Positions 12,802 to 27,697 are shown, counted from the first letter of the stretch. The stretch is 64,000 nt of DNA from Camelus dromedarius (GCF_036321535.1 NC_087436.1:42534001-42598000), one strand, 5' to 3'. Made by a program: numbers and translations. Notes: a model not told the origin generated them from the sequence alone.

Positions 12802-14140
12802 AAGAATTTGAAGGAAAATAAGTTGAGATTTGTTTTACTGATATTAAGACATAAAGATGCATAACTAAAGCAGTGTTTTGTTGGCACTAAGGATAGAAAA
12901 ATACACCAATGTAACAGAACAGAGAGACCATAAATATACTTACTTGATTTATGCCAAAGTAGCACCAAAACACAGTGGGGAAAAGATGAGCTTTTCTGTA
13001 AATGGTGCTGGTTTAATTGGACACCCACCACATACAGAAAAAAGTTGAATTTTATCCCTACTTCATCATACATAAAAACCAATTCCAGATAGAGAGTAGA
13101 TCTAAATATGAAAAGGAGAGTAATACAGTTTGATAAGGTAATACGAAATAAAATATTCACAACCTTGAGTTAGGTAGAGACTTCTTACAAAAAAAGTTCT
13201 AACGATAAGGTGGGGGGGTGATACATTAAACCACTTTAATAAGTAGAAATTGTGTTCATCAAAAGATGGCATTAAAAAAGTTAAAAACAAGTAAAAAGTG
13301 AGCAAATGCATTGCTACACACAACTATAAAGATGTGTATATGCAGGATAAATAAAACATATATAAGGAAAAAACACACAACTCAAAAGAAAAATGGACAA
13401 GAGATTTATATACAAATAACCAACAAATCTATGAGAAGTGTGGAACAGTGCTAGTCACCAGGAAAATTAAAGCACAATGAAATACTACTGCATACCCACT
13501 AGAATGGCTAAAATCAAAAGGACTTTCTATATCAAGAGATGGCAAGAACATAAAACAACTAGAATTCTCGTATTCTGTTAGTTAATGTTAAATTGATACA
13601 AAAATTTTGGAAATCTTTTAAGCAGTATCCTTTAAAACTGAAAGTATACATACCCTATAAGACAGCAATGCCATTACCAGGATGTTCCCAACAGAAATGT
13701 TTGCACATGTATCTCAAGAGGCATGTAGAAGAATTTTCAGTATCATTCATAAGAGTCAAAAACTGGAAACAACCCCAATTTCCATTACAGTGAAAAGATA
13801 AACTGTAATAGCCTTATCCAGTATAACAAAAAAACAGCGATGACAAAGAATAAAATACAGCCACTCATAAGAACATGAATGAATCTTTGAGGCATAATGT
13901 TGCAAGAAAGAAGTCAGGCATAAAAATATATATTTTATGATTCTACTTATATGAATTTTAAAACAAACCAAACTATAGTAGAAAAGGGAAATGATAAAAA
14001 TTGAGAGCACATGAAGATATAGGTCTTTTATGGTGCTTGCAATTTTTTTTATTTCTTGATCTGGAAGGTGGGTAATCATTAATCTCTACATTCATATTTT
14101 GTGTACTTTTGATAAATGTATATCTTAAATTAAAAACTCA
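12802..14140 (+). mobile_element. Old L1 (L1ME-like) ORF2 end and 3'UTR, right part
   Basis: Continues the ORF2 interrupted at 11564 (aaatggtgctgg..., catacccactagaatggctaaaat, aactggaaacaacccc). Confidence 0.8.
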
Positions 14141-14659
14141 AAATCATGGTAGACAATTTTTTCTTTGTAGAAAAGTTTGACAACCATAAAACAGAACAGG
14201 GACAGCTATGAGTTAAGTTCAGGCATGTATAAAAGGTAGGATTACTAAACATTTAGATAAAATCCTATCTGAGGATGAATACATTCCTGGTTTAGCAGAG
14301 AAAAAAAACTATGTCTGACTAATCTATTTAAATTTTCAAAACCACTAAAAATTTTCCACATCAAAGACTGGAAAAAATATTTCTACCAACATGACTAGGG
14401 GTTGGGAAAACATTTGTCATGGATAAGAAACTGGCTCAGAACAAGGAGGAAAAAAAATGAAGGGGAAGAACAAATTGCACTTTCCAGATAAGTTAATACA
14501 AGAATCTGTGCAATTTGGCCTGTTTATAAATAAACTTAATGGAGCAAACAATAGATTCTTTATATTTACTTTTACTATACTGTGTTTATCATAGTCTGCT
14601 TCAATGTCCCTCACATTTTCCCTCAGGAATCTTTCTGTGTTGTTCTTTTTTGTTTGTTT

Positions 14660-16855
14660 ACTTATTTGTTAATTTGTTTCATAATATTTACTGCAGGTTA
14701 TTGCGTAGGTTTAGTGTATACAAATACTGTGCTGAGCACAGAGGCATCCATGACAAACAAGCCAGAAGATGCCCTCCACTGATTTTGTATTCTACTAGAG
14801 GACAGTGGCAATAATCAAGCAAATAAAAAAAATGCAAGATAATTGCAGATTGTAAAATCTGCTATGAAGGAAACTAAAGTGGTATGGGATACTATTAAAA
14901 TAGTAAAGGACAGATTAAATGTAATGTACCCTGGGGTGGGACCTACCTCAGAAACTGTATTTAGCAAAGGCATATCTGAGGAGGGGAAATTTCAGATAAA
15001 ACCTTAGGGATGAAGTGTATTCATGTATTTAATTCAGTAAATGCATATTGAATACCTATTGTGTGACAGGCACCATTCTAGGCACTGGGAAATCAACAGT
15101 GAATGAGAAAGACAAAGATGCAATTTTATGGCACTGAAATTGAAGCCTATGAAAAGCCTTTCACGCTGATGCAACAATTACTACAAATAATCTGGATGGG
15201 AAAAGTCCTGATGGGCTCATTTAACTTTTCAAAGGCTTGAGTGCTAATACCATAGTGAACTATTAGCAGAGTGGCTTGCAATGGATTTGAAGAGAGGCAG
15301 GGACCAGAGTTTGTATGTATGATTCTGTAAGCCAGGGAAAGAAGTCGGCTTTATATTCTTAGTATAATTAGAAGTCATTGATGAGCTTTAAGCAGAGGAA
15401 TGGTATGATTAGATTTAATTTAAAATCATACTTGCTGCTTTGCAGGGAATAATTTGAAGTGAAAATAGTAGACATAAAGAAACAAGATAGCAAGCTGTAT
15501 TTAAGGCAAAAAAAAAGGATAGCGGTCTGAACTGAGTTAGGAAAATGGAAATGAAGAGAAGTAGATAGATTTGGACAATAATCTGGGGATAAATCAACAG
15601 AATTTACTGATAGATTGGTACAGCAAGGAAAAGAAAGAAATAACAAATTACTCTTTTGCTTCCAGGAGAGACAACTAGATGGATTTTGATGCTATTTGCT
15701 AAGGTGGCAAAGAAAAGAGTAGAGTTTAAGGAAGAGATTTAGAATGGAAAATTATGAGTTTCTGCTTCTTAACAGGTTATGTTTGAGAGGTACATGAAGC
15801 CTCCAAATGTGATGTCAGATAAGTCATTTGAAATACAAGACAAGAGCTCAAGGATAAATATAAACTTTGAGAGTCATCAGAATAAATATTGAATTTATAT
15901 TCAACTGATGAGATCACCTATAAAAAGTATACTGAAGAAGCAAAGAAGATCTAGGACCTAGAATTAAGAAACCTGGACATTTAAAGGTCTAGTAGAGGAG
16001 AAGTAGCCAGCAGAGGAAACAAAGAAGATACCACTGAGTTAAAGAAAATCAATAGGGTCGTGAAACAGAAGCCAAAGGAGAAAGGCAAGTGGGGAAGAAA
16101 AAAAAAAAAAGCAATTATCTGTCTACAGGAAATTGAGCAAGGTGTAGACAGTGGAATGTTATTGTTGATCCAGCTAAGATTTTCAGTATAATGCTTGGCA
16201 CAGAGTGGTGGGCATGGACGTCCGATCACGGTGGGCTGAGGTGAAAATGGAAGGGGAAGAAATGAAATAGCACAATGATCAATCGACAGTGAAACTGAAA
16301 GAGAAATTATAGGTGGTTTGAAGAGAAAAAATAAAGTAGGGAAATTTTATCTTGAAAGTGGAAGTATGATCTCATTAGAAGAAAAGGGCAGGATCAAAGA
16401 GTAGTGGAAGTTTGAGATTTTAGATCACAGAGTCATGTGATCTTTCTCTAACGAAGCTTCCCAATTGAAATTTAGTCACAGAAGCAAATGGCAGCATTTT
16501 GCAAGATAACTGTAATGGAAGAACAGACAGACAAGGGATTGAAGAATATTTGCAATAAAGCAATTAGAATGGTGAAGAGAGAAGATAGGCTGAACAGGAG
16601 AAAAAATGAACTTCGGAGTGGACTGCTAAAAAGATGTGAGTAGGGGTTAGAGTCTGGATGTACTTGAAGAATTCTGGCAGTAGAGATACTTGAGTAAATA
16701 TTCCAGAAAAATAGATGGTGGTAATGGGAAAATGGGTTATTTAAAACCAAGATTTCAGAAGTACTGTATTTTCTGTATACTATATTCACACTGGGTCTGA
16801 AAGTGGCTGGCCAAGAGAAATAAAAAGAAATTTGAAGATGAAAAGAACAAATGTC
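14660..16855 (-). mobile_element. L2 LINE fragments
   Basis: L2 3'-end signature (ttcagtaaatgcatattgaatacctattgtgtgacaggcaccattctagg, ~15033) followed by a long purine-rich antisense L2 body. Boundaries approximate. Confidence 0.7.
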
Positions 16856-16872
16856 CAAAAAGCCACCAACTT

Positions 16873-17008
16873 GGGAAAAGGGCATAGCTCAGTGGTAGAA
16901 TGTGTGCCTACCATGTACAAGGTCCTGGGTTGAATCCTCAGTACCTCCATTAAAAATAAATTAGTTAAAACACCTAATTACCTGCCTCCCCCCAAAAAAG
17001 TGTAAAAG
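16873..17008 (+). mobile_element. tRNA-derived SINE, camelid Vic-1-like
   Basis: A box tagctcagtggtaga, B box gggttgaatcctc, tail cctccattaaaaataaa...cctaattacc...ccccaaaaaa; 15-bp TSD aaaagccaccaactt (16858-16872) and aaaagccatcatctt (17009-17023). Confidence 0.85.
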
Positions 17009-17262
17009 AAAAGCCATCATCTTAGATGCATTATTTATGTGGTTCTGAAGTCACAAAGAAATACACAGAATTTAGGAATCTCTATTTTTGGATAAAAGGG
17101 CTTTAATAAGTAGGTAAATAGAGAACAATGACAAAAATACAGAGGAGGAATATAATTTGGCGGCATGAGCCTCAAGAGTAGTAGCAGGCATTAATAGGAA
17201 GGAGAAGAATGAAGAGCTAGTAGGGGAAATAAAAATCAAAGAAAACACCAATCCAACCTCTT

Positions 17263-18356
17263 TGTCAATGAAAAATTAATCAATAGAAAATCACTGAGAA
17301 AGGAATGTAAAATTTTATTCGAGCCAACCTGAGGATTATACCCAGGGAGACAGTCTCTCAGAGTGCTTTGAGAACTGTTTTGAAGAGGTGAGGGGGAGGC
17401 TAGTTTGTATGTGATTTTGGCAAAGGGGATATATGTAATCAAACACACATCTCAGTAGAAGATCGCTGCTAGTCATGAGGAACAGACCTCTTAGTTAATG
17501 GTTTTAGTGCTTTTCTAAGTATGGGAAGATGCAAGAAATTGGGTTCAAAGTTTTCGCCTGAAAATTTCTAACTATCTGAGGACCAGTTCTGTCACTTTTT
17601 CCAGAGCACACAGTGTCTCATCCTGATCTTCACCCTGAATTCCTTTCAGGGCATATCATAGGTCAGTGACTACAGTGGCTAATGGCTTGATTCTTGTAGA
17701 ACTGGATGGTGGGCAACATTCTTCATTTTACAATCCCTTCCCTTTCGGTCTTAATTTCAACCAAGGTTTGGGAGGCATTTCGTAACTGACTGATCTTATA
17801 GGACTGTGTATCTGGTCAATCGTTTCAAGTCACCAAATCATTGTTAATTTTATCTGAGTCTCCATCATACATTTAGTAATGCAGGAAACAATCTTTTAAA
17901 AATAGGCAGAATATAAGTTATGTAGTTAGTAACATTTAATAAGGTAATAAGTAAGTGTTTAAACTAAGAACTTCCATTAGGTGTGGCCTAGTGTCTCCCC
18001 AGGCTGTCTGACCAGTCTGCTCTGCACCAATCACTATCTTTAAGGGAAATGATATATTGGCATTGTACATAAAGTTCACCAAATATGTCTGCACGTACGA
18101 GCTGAGTGGTGGGTCATCATGACTCCTTACAGGATTGAAAGAGGAATGTTATTTTCTAAGGAGTTACACGGCTAATGCCAGAAGGGAAAAAAAAATTATC
18201 TTTACGGTTGAGCAGGTATTTCTGCCTTTGGAGTGGTCTAGTTAAGGTGTAATGCAGATGCATAATGAACACTGGAGGGGAGGAGGAGGCCCAAATGGGC
18301 AGAGAAAAATTTTATGCTTAAATTTTTCTTGCCTTAAAATGTGAGTTTTTATTTCA
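17263..18356 (-). mobile_element. ERV1-class LTR element (MER41-like)
   Basis: TG...CA termini; blocks ctgaggattata-cccagggagacagtctctcaga and ttagtgcttttctaagtatgggaagatgcaagaaattggg resemble ungulate MER41-type LTRs; AATAAA on the minus strand near 17314. No clean TSD. Confidence 0.7.
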
Positions 18357-21300
18357 TTATCTTATAACTCATTATGTCAGCGTGAGAAAGAATAAGCAGC
18401 TTTTATTTGAGACGTTCACATTAAAGCTAACAGTATAAAGGGACAGACAGTTTTTTGATAAGGCAAGACTATAAGAGAATGTTTCTAGAACAAATGGAAC
18501 ACCCAGGGCAGTTTTCTGATCAAGAACAAGAGCTCTAATGGAAATACGATGGGAGTGGGAGAATCAAACTAGGCTGGGCAGAGCAGGACAAGGATGAGAG
18601 TTTTTGTGAAGATGAGTACTCCTGTAATCAAATTTGTAGTTATGATGGAGATAAACAGGGATATGACCTATGATAGCACTGATTCATCTCCTGGGGGAAG
18701 AGAGCAACCAGAACTATTAACCTGCTACAAAAATACTACCCTTGATGGTAAAGAAGCATATTAGCTACGAGTCCCACAAGGCTTGGACTAATGTGACCAT
18801 GCATAGTCAGTGGCTCCGCAAGGCTAGGGACAGTATGGTACCAACGTAGGCTAGTAGCAGCTTCCCAGGACTTTGAACCATGTACTGTTGCATCAGCTTC
18901 CAAGCATTTTTCACAACTTTCCTCAGGTCCCACTTCCTTCAATGAAACTTTTCTCACCCCTCGAGACCACAGTGTTTGAACTCCTATTGCATTTACTGTC
19001 TACACCATTCTTCTGGTTATTTAACCACGTATCTACTAAATCTAGGAATTGTTTCCCACATATGCAATTTATTGTTTCAAGTATTTAATAAGTTCATAGA
19101 ATGCAGATACCACATGTTATCCTTAGGGTTTACATCTCTCAAACTGTAAATTCAAGTCTATACGTAGCAACTGTTTTTTTCTGCAACTGCAATTAGTCTT
19201 TGCCTATTTCTCTTAATGGTGGAAATTTAATCAGATAAATTCCAGGTATATTCAGACATTTATGGGTTTTCTAAAAACCCACAAATGGTATCTATAAGGT
19301 ATGTTCATCAGTCCTAAAATACTGAGTTAAGGAATTATGCTTTGAAACTTGAAAGCATAAATTTAAAACAAATTAAGCATTACCTCATATAGCTAGTAAT
19401 GGAACACTTTTTCTCTGAGGGATATTCAGGTCAGTCATTCATTCAACAGGTATTTAATAGCTGCTAGTGATTCTAAAGTCTATAAATAGATATGAGTAGG
19501 AGAAAAAAGTTGATAAGACACAATTGCTTGGATCAGAAAGCTTTCAATATATTAATATAAATATAAAATATTTCCTATAAATCGATGCTGTTTGTGTATA
19601 TATTTATAACAATTATGGATCTATAAAATGATACTCATATACACTACATGGAAGGAAAGGAAAGAGAGAATAATGAGGATAGGGAGGGAGGAAGAATTTA
19701 AAGCAAGCCTTCAACTTTTGAGGATAGTGTCAAGAAAGAAAAACCACGCCCTTCCATATGACCAGGACAGCCACTGTCATTAGCTAATGGCCAAACTCAG
19801 AATGAACAAATCAGGAGTGACAGATCTGGTATTCATATGTGATAATAATCTATTTTCACATGGAATATGAGTAAGTCATAGTGTGGCAGTCAGCTACTAT
19901 TAAGAAATTTTTTCTCAATAAACTAGTACCTTCCCGATATTACAAATGAGCTATTTATTGAGAAAAGAATCTGCCAGCCAAAGCATGTATAAAAGTGGGA
20001 AGCCTCATGTATGATCCTTTGAAAATGATAAACTAAAGATTTAGGTTTTGTCTAAACATGATAGTTACAGTTTAAATTATTACTGTTCATTTATTCATCC
20101 AACAAACACTACTACAGTTCTACTACGCATTAAGCATCTAGAGCATTTTAAAATACTTGTTTATACTGATTTATATTCCCAAGTAAGTTATTCCAATGCA
20201 ACAATGAAAATACATAAATGTTTCACCTGCTCTTTAACATGCAAAAATATTCTCTTAACCCAAGTATATAAGCAACAGTATCTGATTTCAAAATAACAAA
20301 TATGTAGGGTTAGAGAAAAAAATGTAAGGGCTTGTCAAAACATTTTAAAAATACACAGGAAAGATAACACAAAATTAACACAATTTTAGTAGTACTAGCA
20401 TATTCTATGAAAGACATCTGTTCCTTGGTTTAAATGATGTAATTTTGAGATTAAACATGTGTTTTGACAAAAAAAAAAACTAACAGACCATGGGGGAAAA
20501 AAACTAAAAAAGTCATGAAGAAACTAACGGTAACCTAAACAAGGTTACAAAGTATGCCTTATTCAATTAAAGTTCAGATAAACTAATGTACACATACTGA
20601 AGATTTAAGATGTCCCTAGGCATTAGTAACTTGTATAACTAAAACTTACATAATTGATTTTTGTTAGGGACTCTAGCATTACCACAGTTTATAGTCAATA
20701 TGTCTTTAAGTGATTCTTTTCAATTTTTGCTTTCTCTCTTAGGTAAATGAACCAAGACATTAGCAAAGAAACTAGCTTAAACATAGTTTACAAATAGTAA
20801 TTAGATTTGGTCTTTAAAGAAAAAGATCAACACTAAAAGCGACATGTAGGTTGGTATCTACAACTTTAGATATGTTTGGCCTCATAGAAAAAATTATCAT
20901 TTTAATTACTTTTCTAAGGTTTAATCATTACCTAATCTTATCTATATTCTAAGTTAAAATGGACATGATAGAAAATAATAGACAGGCAGACAGACAGATA
21001 AACATACAGTACAGTATAGGTTGTCTCTAATAGGTAATTGATAATACACATATATATGCATATATAATATACATACACATACAGAAATCTTAACCAACAG
21101 AAATTTTAATGGCACGTTAAAGCATCATAATACTTTTGCCTATTTATTTAGTGGTTTTCCCAATTTTGGACTTAGACTAAATTTATATCTTGAATTGGGA
21201 TTCAGATTTCTTTTTGCTTGCTAAGAAGGAAAGAAGAAACATCCATAGTCACCAGAATAAAGAAATTTACATTAAAGTGTGAAAAATTAAAACAGTGGCA

Positions 21301-21773
21301 GATCTTCCAAATTGAATCAATATGAAGGGTGCTTTGCAAGAATATAGTAAACAAATATATCCTACGGAATGGATTTTCACTCCATTTACTCCATGCTTAA
21401 AATTTGAAAGAAAAATCTGAACCACCATTGTGTATTTAAGTTTCCATAGGAAGAACAGTGAATAAAACTTGAATAAAACATGCAGATTTTATTTGATAAT
21501 TAGGTAGATTCCATCCAGAACTCAGTAACATATCAAAGAAAAACTGTGAAGGACCGTGTCAGTTACTGTCAGAGATAGTTTCTCTCTGTTCTTATAATAG
21601 TAAACATACAACTGATAGTCTAAATTTCAGGTGGTCCACTGGGACACTAAAGGCAAAAGTGGAAGAGTACTCCCTTCACATCCTTATCCATCCCCTAAAT
21701 TAATTCAGCATCTCTCCCAAGAAGCAGTACTAACAACAAAAACTATAGTAAGTTTTCAGTCCCTGTTAGTTTT

Positions 21774-22195
21774 TGTATTAGTTTTCTATGGCTGCAATAA
21801 CAAAGTACCACAGATTGAGTGGCTTAAACAACAAAAATGTATTTTCACACAGTTCTGGAAGATAGAAGTTGAAGATTAAGGAGTCAGTCAGAAGTTCAAG
21901 GTCAGGGATTTGGTTTCTTCAGAGGCCTCTCTCCTTGGCTTGCAGATGGCTGCCTTCTCTCACTGTCCTCACGTGGTCTTTCCTCTGTGCTGGAGCATGC
22001 TTAGTGTCTATTGTGCCAAATTTACTCTACTTATAAGGACACCAGTCAGATTGAGTTAGGGACCACCCTAGTGACTTCATTTTAATTTAATCACCCCTTA
22101 AAAACCCTATCTCCAAATACATCCAGATTCTAAGGTACTAGGAATTAGGGCTTCAAAATATGGATTCTGAAGAGGACACAATTCAGTCCATAACA
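21774..22195 (-). mobile_element. MaLR solo LTR (MLT1B-like)
   Basis: tgtattagttttctatggctgcaataacaaagtaccac...ggacacaattcagtccataaca; 5-bp TSD gtttt/gttat. Confidence 0.88.
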
Positions 22196-25100
22196 GTTAT
22201 TATTAGGGTTATTATCATGGTTATTTTATTATCTGTTTAAAAACATCATCTTACGTAATCTGCATACCTATACTGAAAGGTAGGTGTTTCATCTCCATTT
22301 CACAAAAGGTTTTAAGACCTCGATTAAGGTGTCTTAAACAAGAACTAGAGAAACTAGAATGCCTTCTCTGAAATTGTTTCTTCTGGAAGGTTGAGTACCA
22401 AGACAAGTTCCAAAGTGGACCTACTTTCCCTATCATCAGTCTTTCCAGCCTAGGGTTAGAAAAATTCCAACTTGCAGCTAGAGATAATGCTCCCTTTAAC
22501 CAGGCAGAACACTCACATACAAATAAACATAAATTGTTGGCCTGGCAAAATGTGTTAATTCCTACTTCTGAATTCTTTCCCCTCTGCTCATAAGAATTCA
22601 AAGTTTGATCCTGGGTAGTTGATGAACATGTGTTTCTTCATCACAGAACTGCTAGCATTAGGATTTGGGCTTTAATGTTTGGGAAAGAAAAGCCACCATC
22701 TTGAAAATGGCCAGAAGAGTATCACAAAGTACATGAGATCAAACACTCATACCTGTTTGAAAGTGGAGTATGGTTTCCATGGCAGCAGCTTTGGGGAAGG
22801 AGAGCTGCAGCTATAGATTTTTTTAACAGTGCTTTTTTTTTTTTTAAACATGAACCAGATTTTCAAATATATCATAAGCCATCCAATTAAGTTCAGCAAA
22901 TATACTTTGGGACCCTACTCTGCGGCCTCTATGTTTGGAAATGTTTTTATTTTACTTAGACTAAGCTCTTGTCATGGGTTCCAGCACTTTCTCAAATCCA
23001 CAGGGATCTCCCTACAGGATTCTGTATCACATTATTCTATCAGACCACACAGATGTCTTTCTCCTTGCTTCTCTTTGCACTCTTTATTTCATTCCCTTTT
23101 CTTTTCTCTAAGGAATAAATACTTGCTTGCACATGCTTAGGCAAAAATCTAATGAGTTGTTTTTTTCTGTTTAGAAGCATTCAGATGTAATCAAAACTTG
23201 TTAAGGAAATATACTGAAAGCTATGACTAAAATGGTACATTTCGTCCTATATAATTTTCATTTGTTTATGTTTCTTTCTTTAGGAATATAATGTTGTAAG
23301 ATTCTCTAATGATTTAAGCTGGCTAGATATGTTTGCTTCTTTTGTCACATGATATTATTACAAATTCAAAAACTGCTAAATGATTTCATTGTTCTCTTGC
23401 TCCTAAATGCCATATGGTAGAATAATATTTTGAATTAATCCCTCTTACTTGTACATATAGGCAATATTTGTGGAATATTTTTTATGTTTTTCCAAATAAG
23501 TGACATTTTAACAGGTAATATCAGCTCCTTTTAAAATAAAATTTAAAAAAAGAATTAGAGAAAAACAAATTTGATTTCAAAATGAAAGTCAGTTCCACTA
23601 TTTCATAATAATTTAGGACAGTTATGCCTACTTCATCATTCCATTCTTCCACCATTTTATCAACTGTTTCTTTTTATTTGACTATAAGAAGAAAGAAATG
23701 CTGTAGCCTTAAGTGACTTTCTGAATGTGTCCTGCACCATGAAATCAGTGGTCCCTGTGGCCTTTTCACAAAAAACTTCCTGTGAACTATTTTCTTTTCG
23801 TACCTCCACCCAAATTACAAGTCTAAGGCAGTTCTCAGGCTTAGATGTGAACTTTACCTTTCAACACCATTTGATTTTAAACAGCTTATTTTCCAGTTGA
23901 AAAAGAAAAGTAGATGAGATTAGACCTGGCATAGATATTATATATATTGGATTCTACTATGTTTATGAAACAAATTTCCTTCATACTTAGCAAATTAACC
24001 AGAAAATTCTTAGCAAAGGAACCAGTTAATTTGTAACAATTTTATCAGCTAGTCTGTAAAATGGCAGATGTTCTTTTTCTACTTATATATTTAGTTCACT
24101 GCTGGCATTCAACTCAAAAACATATGCAAAGACGTAAACTTTGAGAAGGTTATTTTTAATACAAAGACTCATATGCTAACCTTTAAAAATGTTTTCCTGT
24201 TGGTTAGAACATAGTAAGTCAGCAGTAAGTCCCTAAATATAGCACAATCAATTTATTGGTAACATGTTTCACAATTTCTGCCAGTTGACACCAACATAGG
24301 AACTATACTCACAACGTTAAGCCAAAGTTAAAAAAAAGAAAAGAAAAGAAAAAAAAGGTGTTTAAATTTGAAGGAATAATTAACCTATAAATTCTTGCTA
24401 AGTAGAAGTCACTGGACTGATCCTGAGGATAAAATGAGGCCTAAAAAGGAAAGTTATGCCTTAAGAAGTTTACAGGCTACTTTAGGAAAGAAGCCACATA
24501 ACTATAAATATATCAACCCCAAACTAATCACTATATCCTATTATTTTAAGAATGCGATATTTAATGGATCAACAAATATTCTCTCTACTCTTTTATAATG
24601 ACTGTTAAGATGTGTTTTTCCTAAGAGGCTATCCTACGTATGTAAAGAAATCCCTACTCCTAGGCTAGTTGTTTTTCCATAAATCTTTAAAAGTAGTACA
24701 TCTTGGACTTCCCAGATTTTCAACACTCTCAAAATTTCCATGGGCTCAAAAATATGAAAAAAAAGTTACAAATTGAAATTATTTTAATTGATTATAGCAA
24801 ATGTACAAAATTGTGTGTTATAGCAACTATTCAACTGTATTGAAACTGGACTAATTTAATTATATATAAATAATGTTTAAAGTGGAATGTGGGAACATTT
24901 AATATATTTGTTTTAAGAAAAAGTCAGACTTAGTCTAAAATTGCCTAGATTTTAAGAAGGCTTTTAAATGGTCATGTCCCAACCAAAGTATTCAAATGAC
25001 ATTGTTAAACATTTTGAGTAAACAACATTCAAACAAGAAATTAATCTTCAGCTCTCTCTGGTACTTACACAATTAAATAGTAGGATTAAAACCATATGAA

Positions 25101-27697
25101 TAATTTTGTGAACCTCAAAGGAATAGAATGTCTTTACCAAAATCAAATAGGAAGAAAAAACACAAAAATAGGTTTTGTAAAATCTGTAATAATCCTATTA
25201 TCTGGACTAGGTAGTAAAATCTCAGTAAATGCAACATCCAAATAAAGGTAGCAATAATACTCTGCTTGTTCTATTTTCAATCACTGCATTCACTTGCAAT
25301 CTACTAGTAACTCTGTTGGCCGATCACTTTCCACTCTGAAATGATGTTATTTTTACTTCTAATTCTCAGTTTATGTTTTCCTCACAAGGAAAGTCTTTAT
25401 CTTTCTCAGATCCAAAGCCACCCATTTTTTTGACCTTTGCATTGAGAGAAAATCTTCTACACTAATTAATAAAAACATGGTGTCATGTTATTGTCATGAA
25501 AGATACATCTATGTCTTCACATTCAGTTCAAATTTGAGAATTTCAACTGCCTTGGTCTTTTGATCAGTTTCTTTACATCCATAGAATGAAAAGCAAATGG
25601 GGAGAATTGTACCATCACCTCAGACACTGTGGTGCCTGTGCTTACCCATGATCCATTATTATGTGCTCCCCATTCCCTGCTCCCACCCCCAAAATCTAGG
25701 AAGACTGCTCCCTAGTGTTGGACTATATGCAACATTCTCACGCATGGAGGGTTCTGATCTCTGCTGCCCAGGCTCTCTCCACTGGTTCTTGATCTAGGGT
25801 TCAGGGACTTTCTCCTGGAGTTCTGGGTTGGTTCCCTCTCCATTATGATCCTTCAGCACAATTTGACAGCTTGGTTTTCACTTTCTCCATGGTTCTGACC
25901 TTTATTATTCATGTTTGCCCACTTTAGTGCCTTCCTCATTACTCTGAATTGCTCATCTACTTCCTCATGCGTCACTTTTCTTGTTTATTACATTCCTTAA
26001 GCCTCAGCTTCTTAACTCTTCTCAAATCCTACTTGATAAATCTTGTTCTCTTGGTTAAAGTTCTTCATCTTGCATTATAATATTTATTATCAATTTTTAA
26101 ACATAGTGATTGTCCTCTGAGTGACCATTTTTGACAGGAATTCTGCATATGGTTTACTCTCATATTGGAGCACTCCGTAGAACAGGTATCATTTCCCTCT
26201 ATTTAACAATGAGAAAAGCCCTGAAAAATTTAGAGCCTGGTTTCTCTGACTTCCCGTCTACTCCCTGCCCATTACAATGATAGCTCCCGTACTAGGAGAG
26301 TTCTCAGAATATACCTAGAATTTCTGATTCTAGCATTGCTGGGGCCACACTAAGAGATTCCAACAATAAGCCAGGCTTGGAGCCTATCTACTGCACATGT
26401 TGCCACAAGCCTACTGTAACGCCTACTGTGAGCACCCCCCAACCCTTGAAAAGAAACTGAAATCGTTTTTAAAATCTGTAGTGTGTTCTTACAGATTCAT
26501 GAGGCATAATTTTAGTTGGAGGAGTTTCATGTACCAGTCTACTTACATGAAGAATATGTTACACATTCTGAATTATGTGCTAACCTCATTCTCTCCCCTT
26601 CTCTGTTTTTATACTCAGACCTCACATTTGAATAGCAATTGGTTAACACTACTAGTCTTGGAATGAGAATTTTTTCTCTGTAGGACAAAAACCATGACCA
26701 GGAAGTCAAAATCATATGGACATCGCCAAGTTTCCATTATGTATTGGGAAGAAATTAATAAGATGTAAGCATGCTCCTCTGTAGTTACTAGCACAAAAAG
26801 AAGTATATGCAATTGTATTGCACATATAAATATATCAAATTTTAACCTAAGTATTCTAAAATAAATATTTCTACTAGAAGATAACCATGAATGTTTTCCA
26901 TAACTTGAAAATATACTTTTTGTTTCACCATTTAAACTATAAACAGGAAGCAAACAAAATTATTAATTCTTTCCTCTGAGACTTTCTAGGTGCTTAGCAG
27001 ATTGAAGTATTAATTCTTCTAATGCAGATTGAGATAAATAGGATAGTTGCAATTATTTTTGCTACTTGTACTCTACATCAAATATATTGACATTCAAAAG
27101 TTTTAGAGGAATAGTGAGTAAATCTTCAAACTGATGAATTAAAAAAATAAGAACAAAACATTTACAAAGCTATTTTACCAAACATGGTAGTGTCCATAAT
27201 TTTTTCCTCATTTATACAAGCAATGGAAATGAGGTTATGGAGATATCCAGTAACCCTCTGAATCAATTAAGGATTTACTAGAAGATACAGGGAAAAAACC
27301 CAGGATGTATGACATGAGACTGTGCACTGGGCACAGAAGTGCCTCATGATGCTAAATTAATGTTCCTACAATGCTTTCCCATTGTTACAGATCCTCTTAG
27401 TCAACACTATCAATTGTGTTTTATCCACAAGCCAATAAAATAAAAACTGATGTTTAAAGTCCAAAGTAAAGAAGAACAATAGTGGTATGTTGTTTCTGTC
27501 TGGTTATCGGTGGTAGAGCTAAAAGTAAATGAATCTGGGCCTTGGTTGATCAACTCTTCACATAAAAGACCTTAGTTGAATACAGTTGATCTTGGGATAA
27601 GTCCCAAGAGGGAAGAGAGGTCTACTGAGATGGCAGCCCAAGAAGGCACTATTCCAGGAAAGAATTTTAAAAGTCAGGAAGTGAATCAGAATGGTTG

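Noticed and set aside
16873..16950. tRNA-like gene
   Set aside because: It has the SINE tail and TSDs, and the stems are degenerate; it is a SINE head, not a tRNA.
22690..22715. Paired YY1-like motifs (ccatctt, aaaatggc)
   Set aside because: Short motifs expected by chance; conservation cannot be assessed here.
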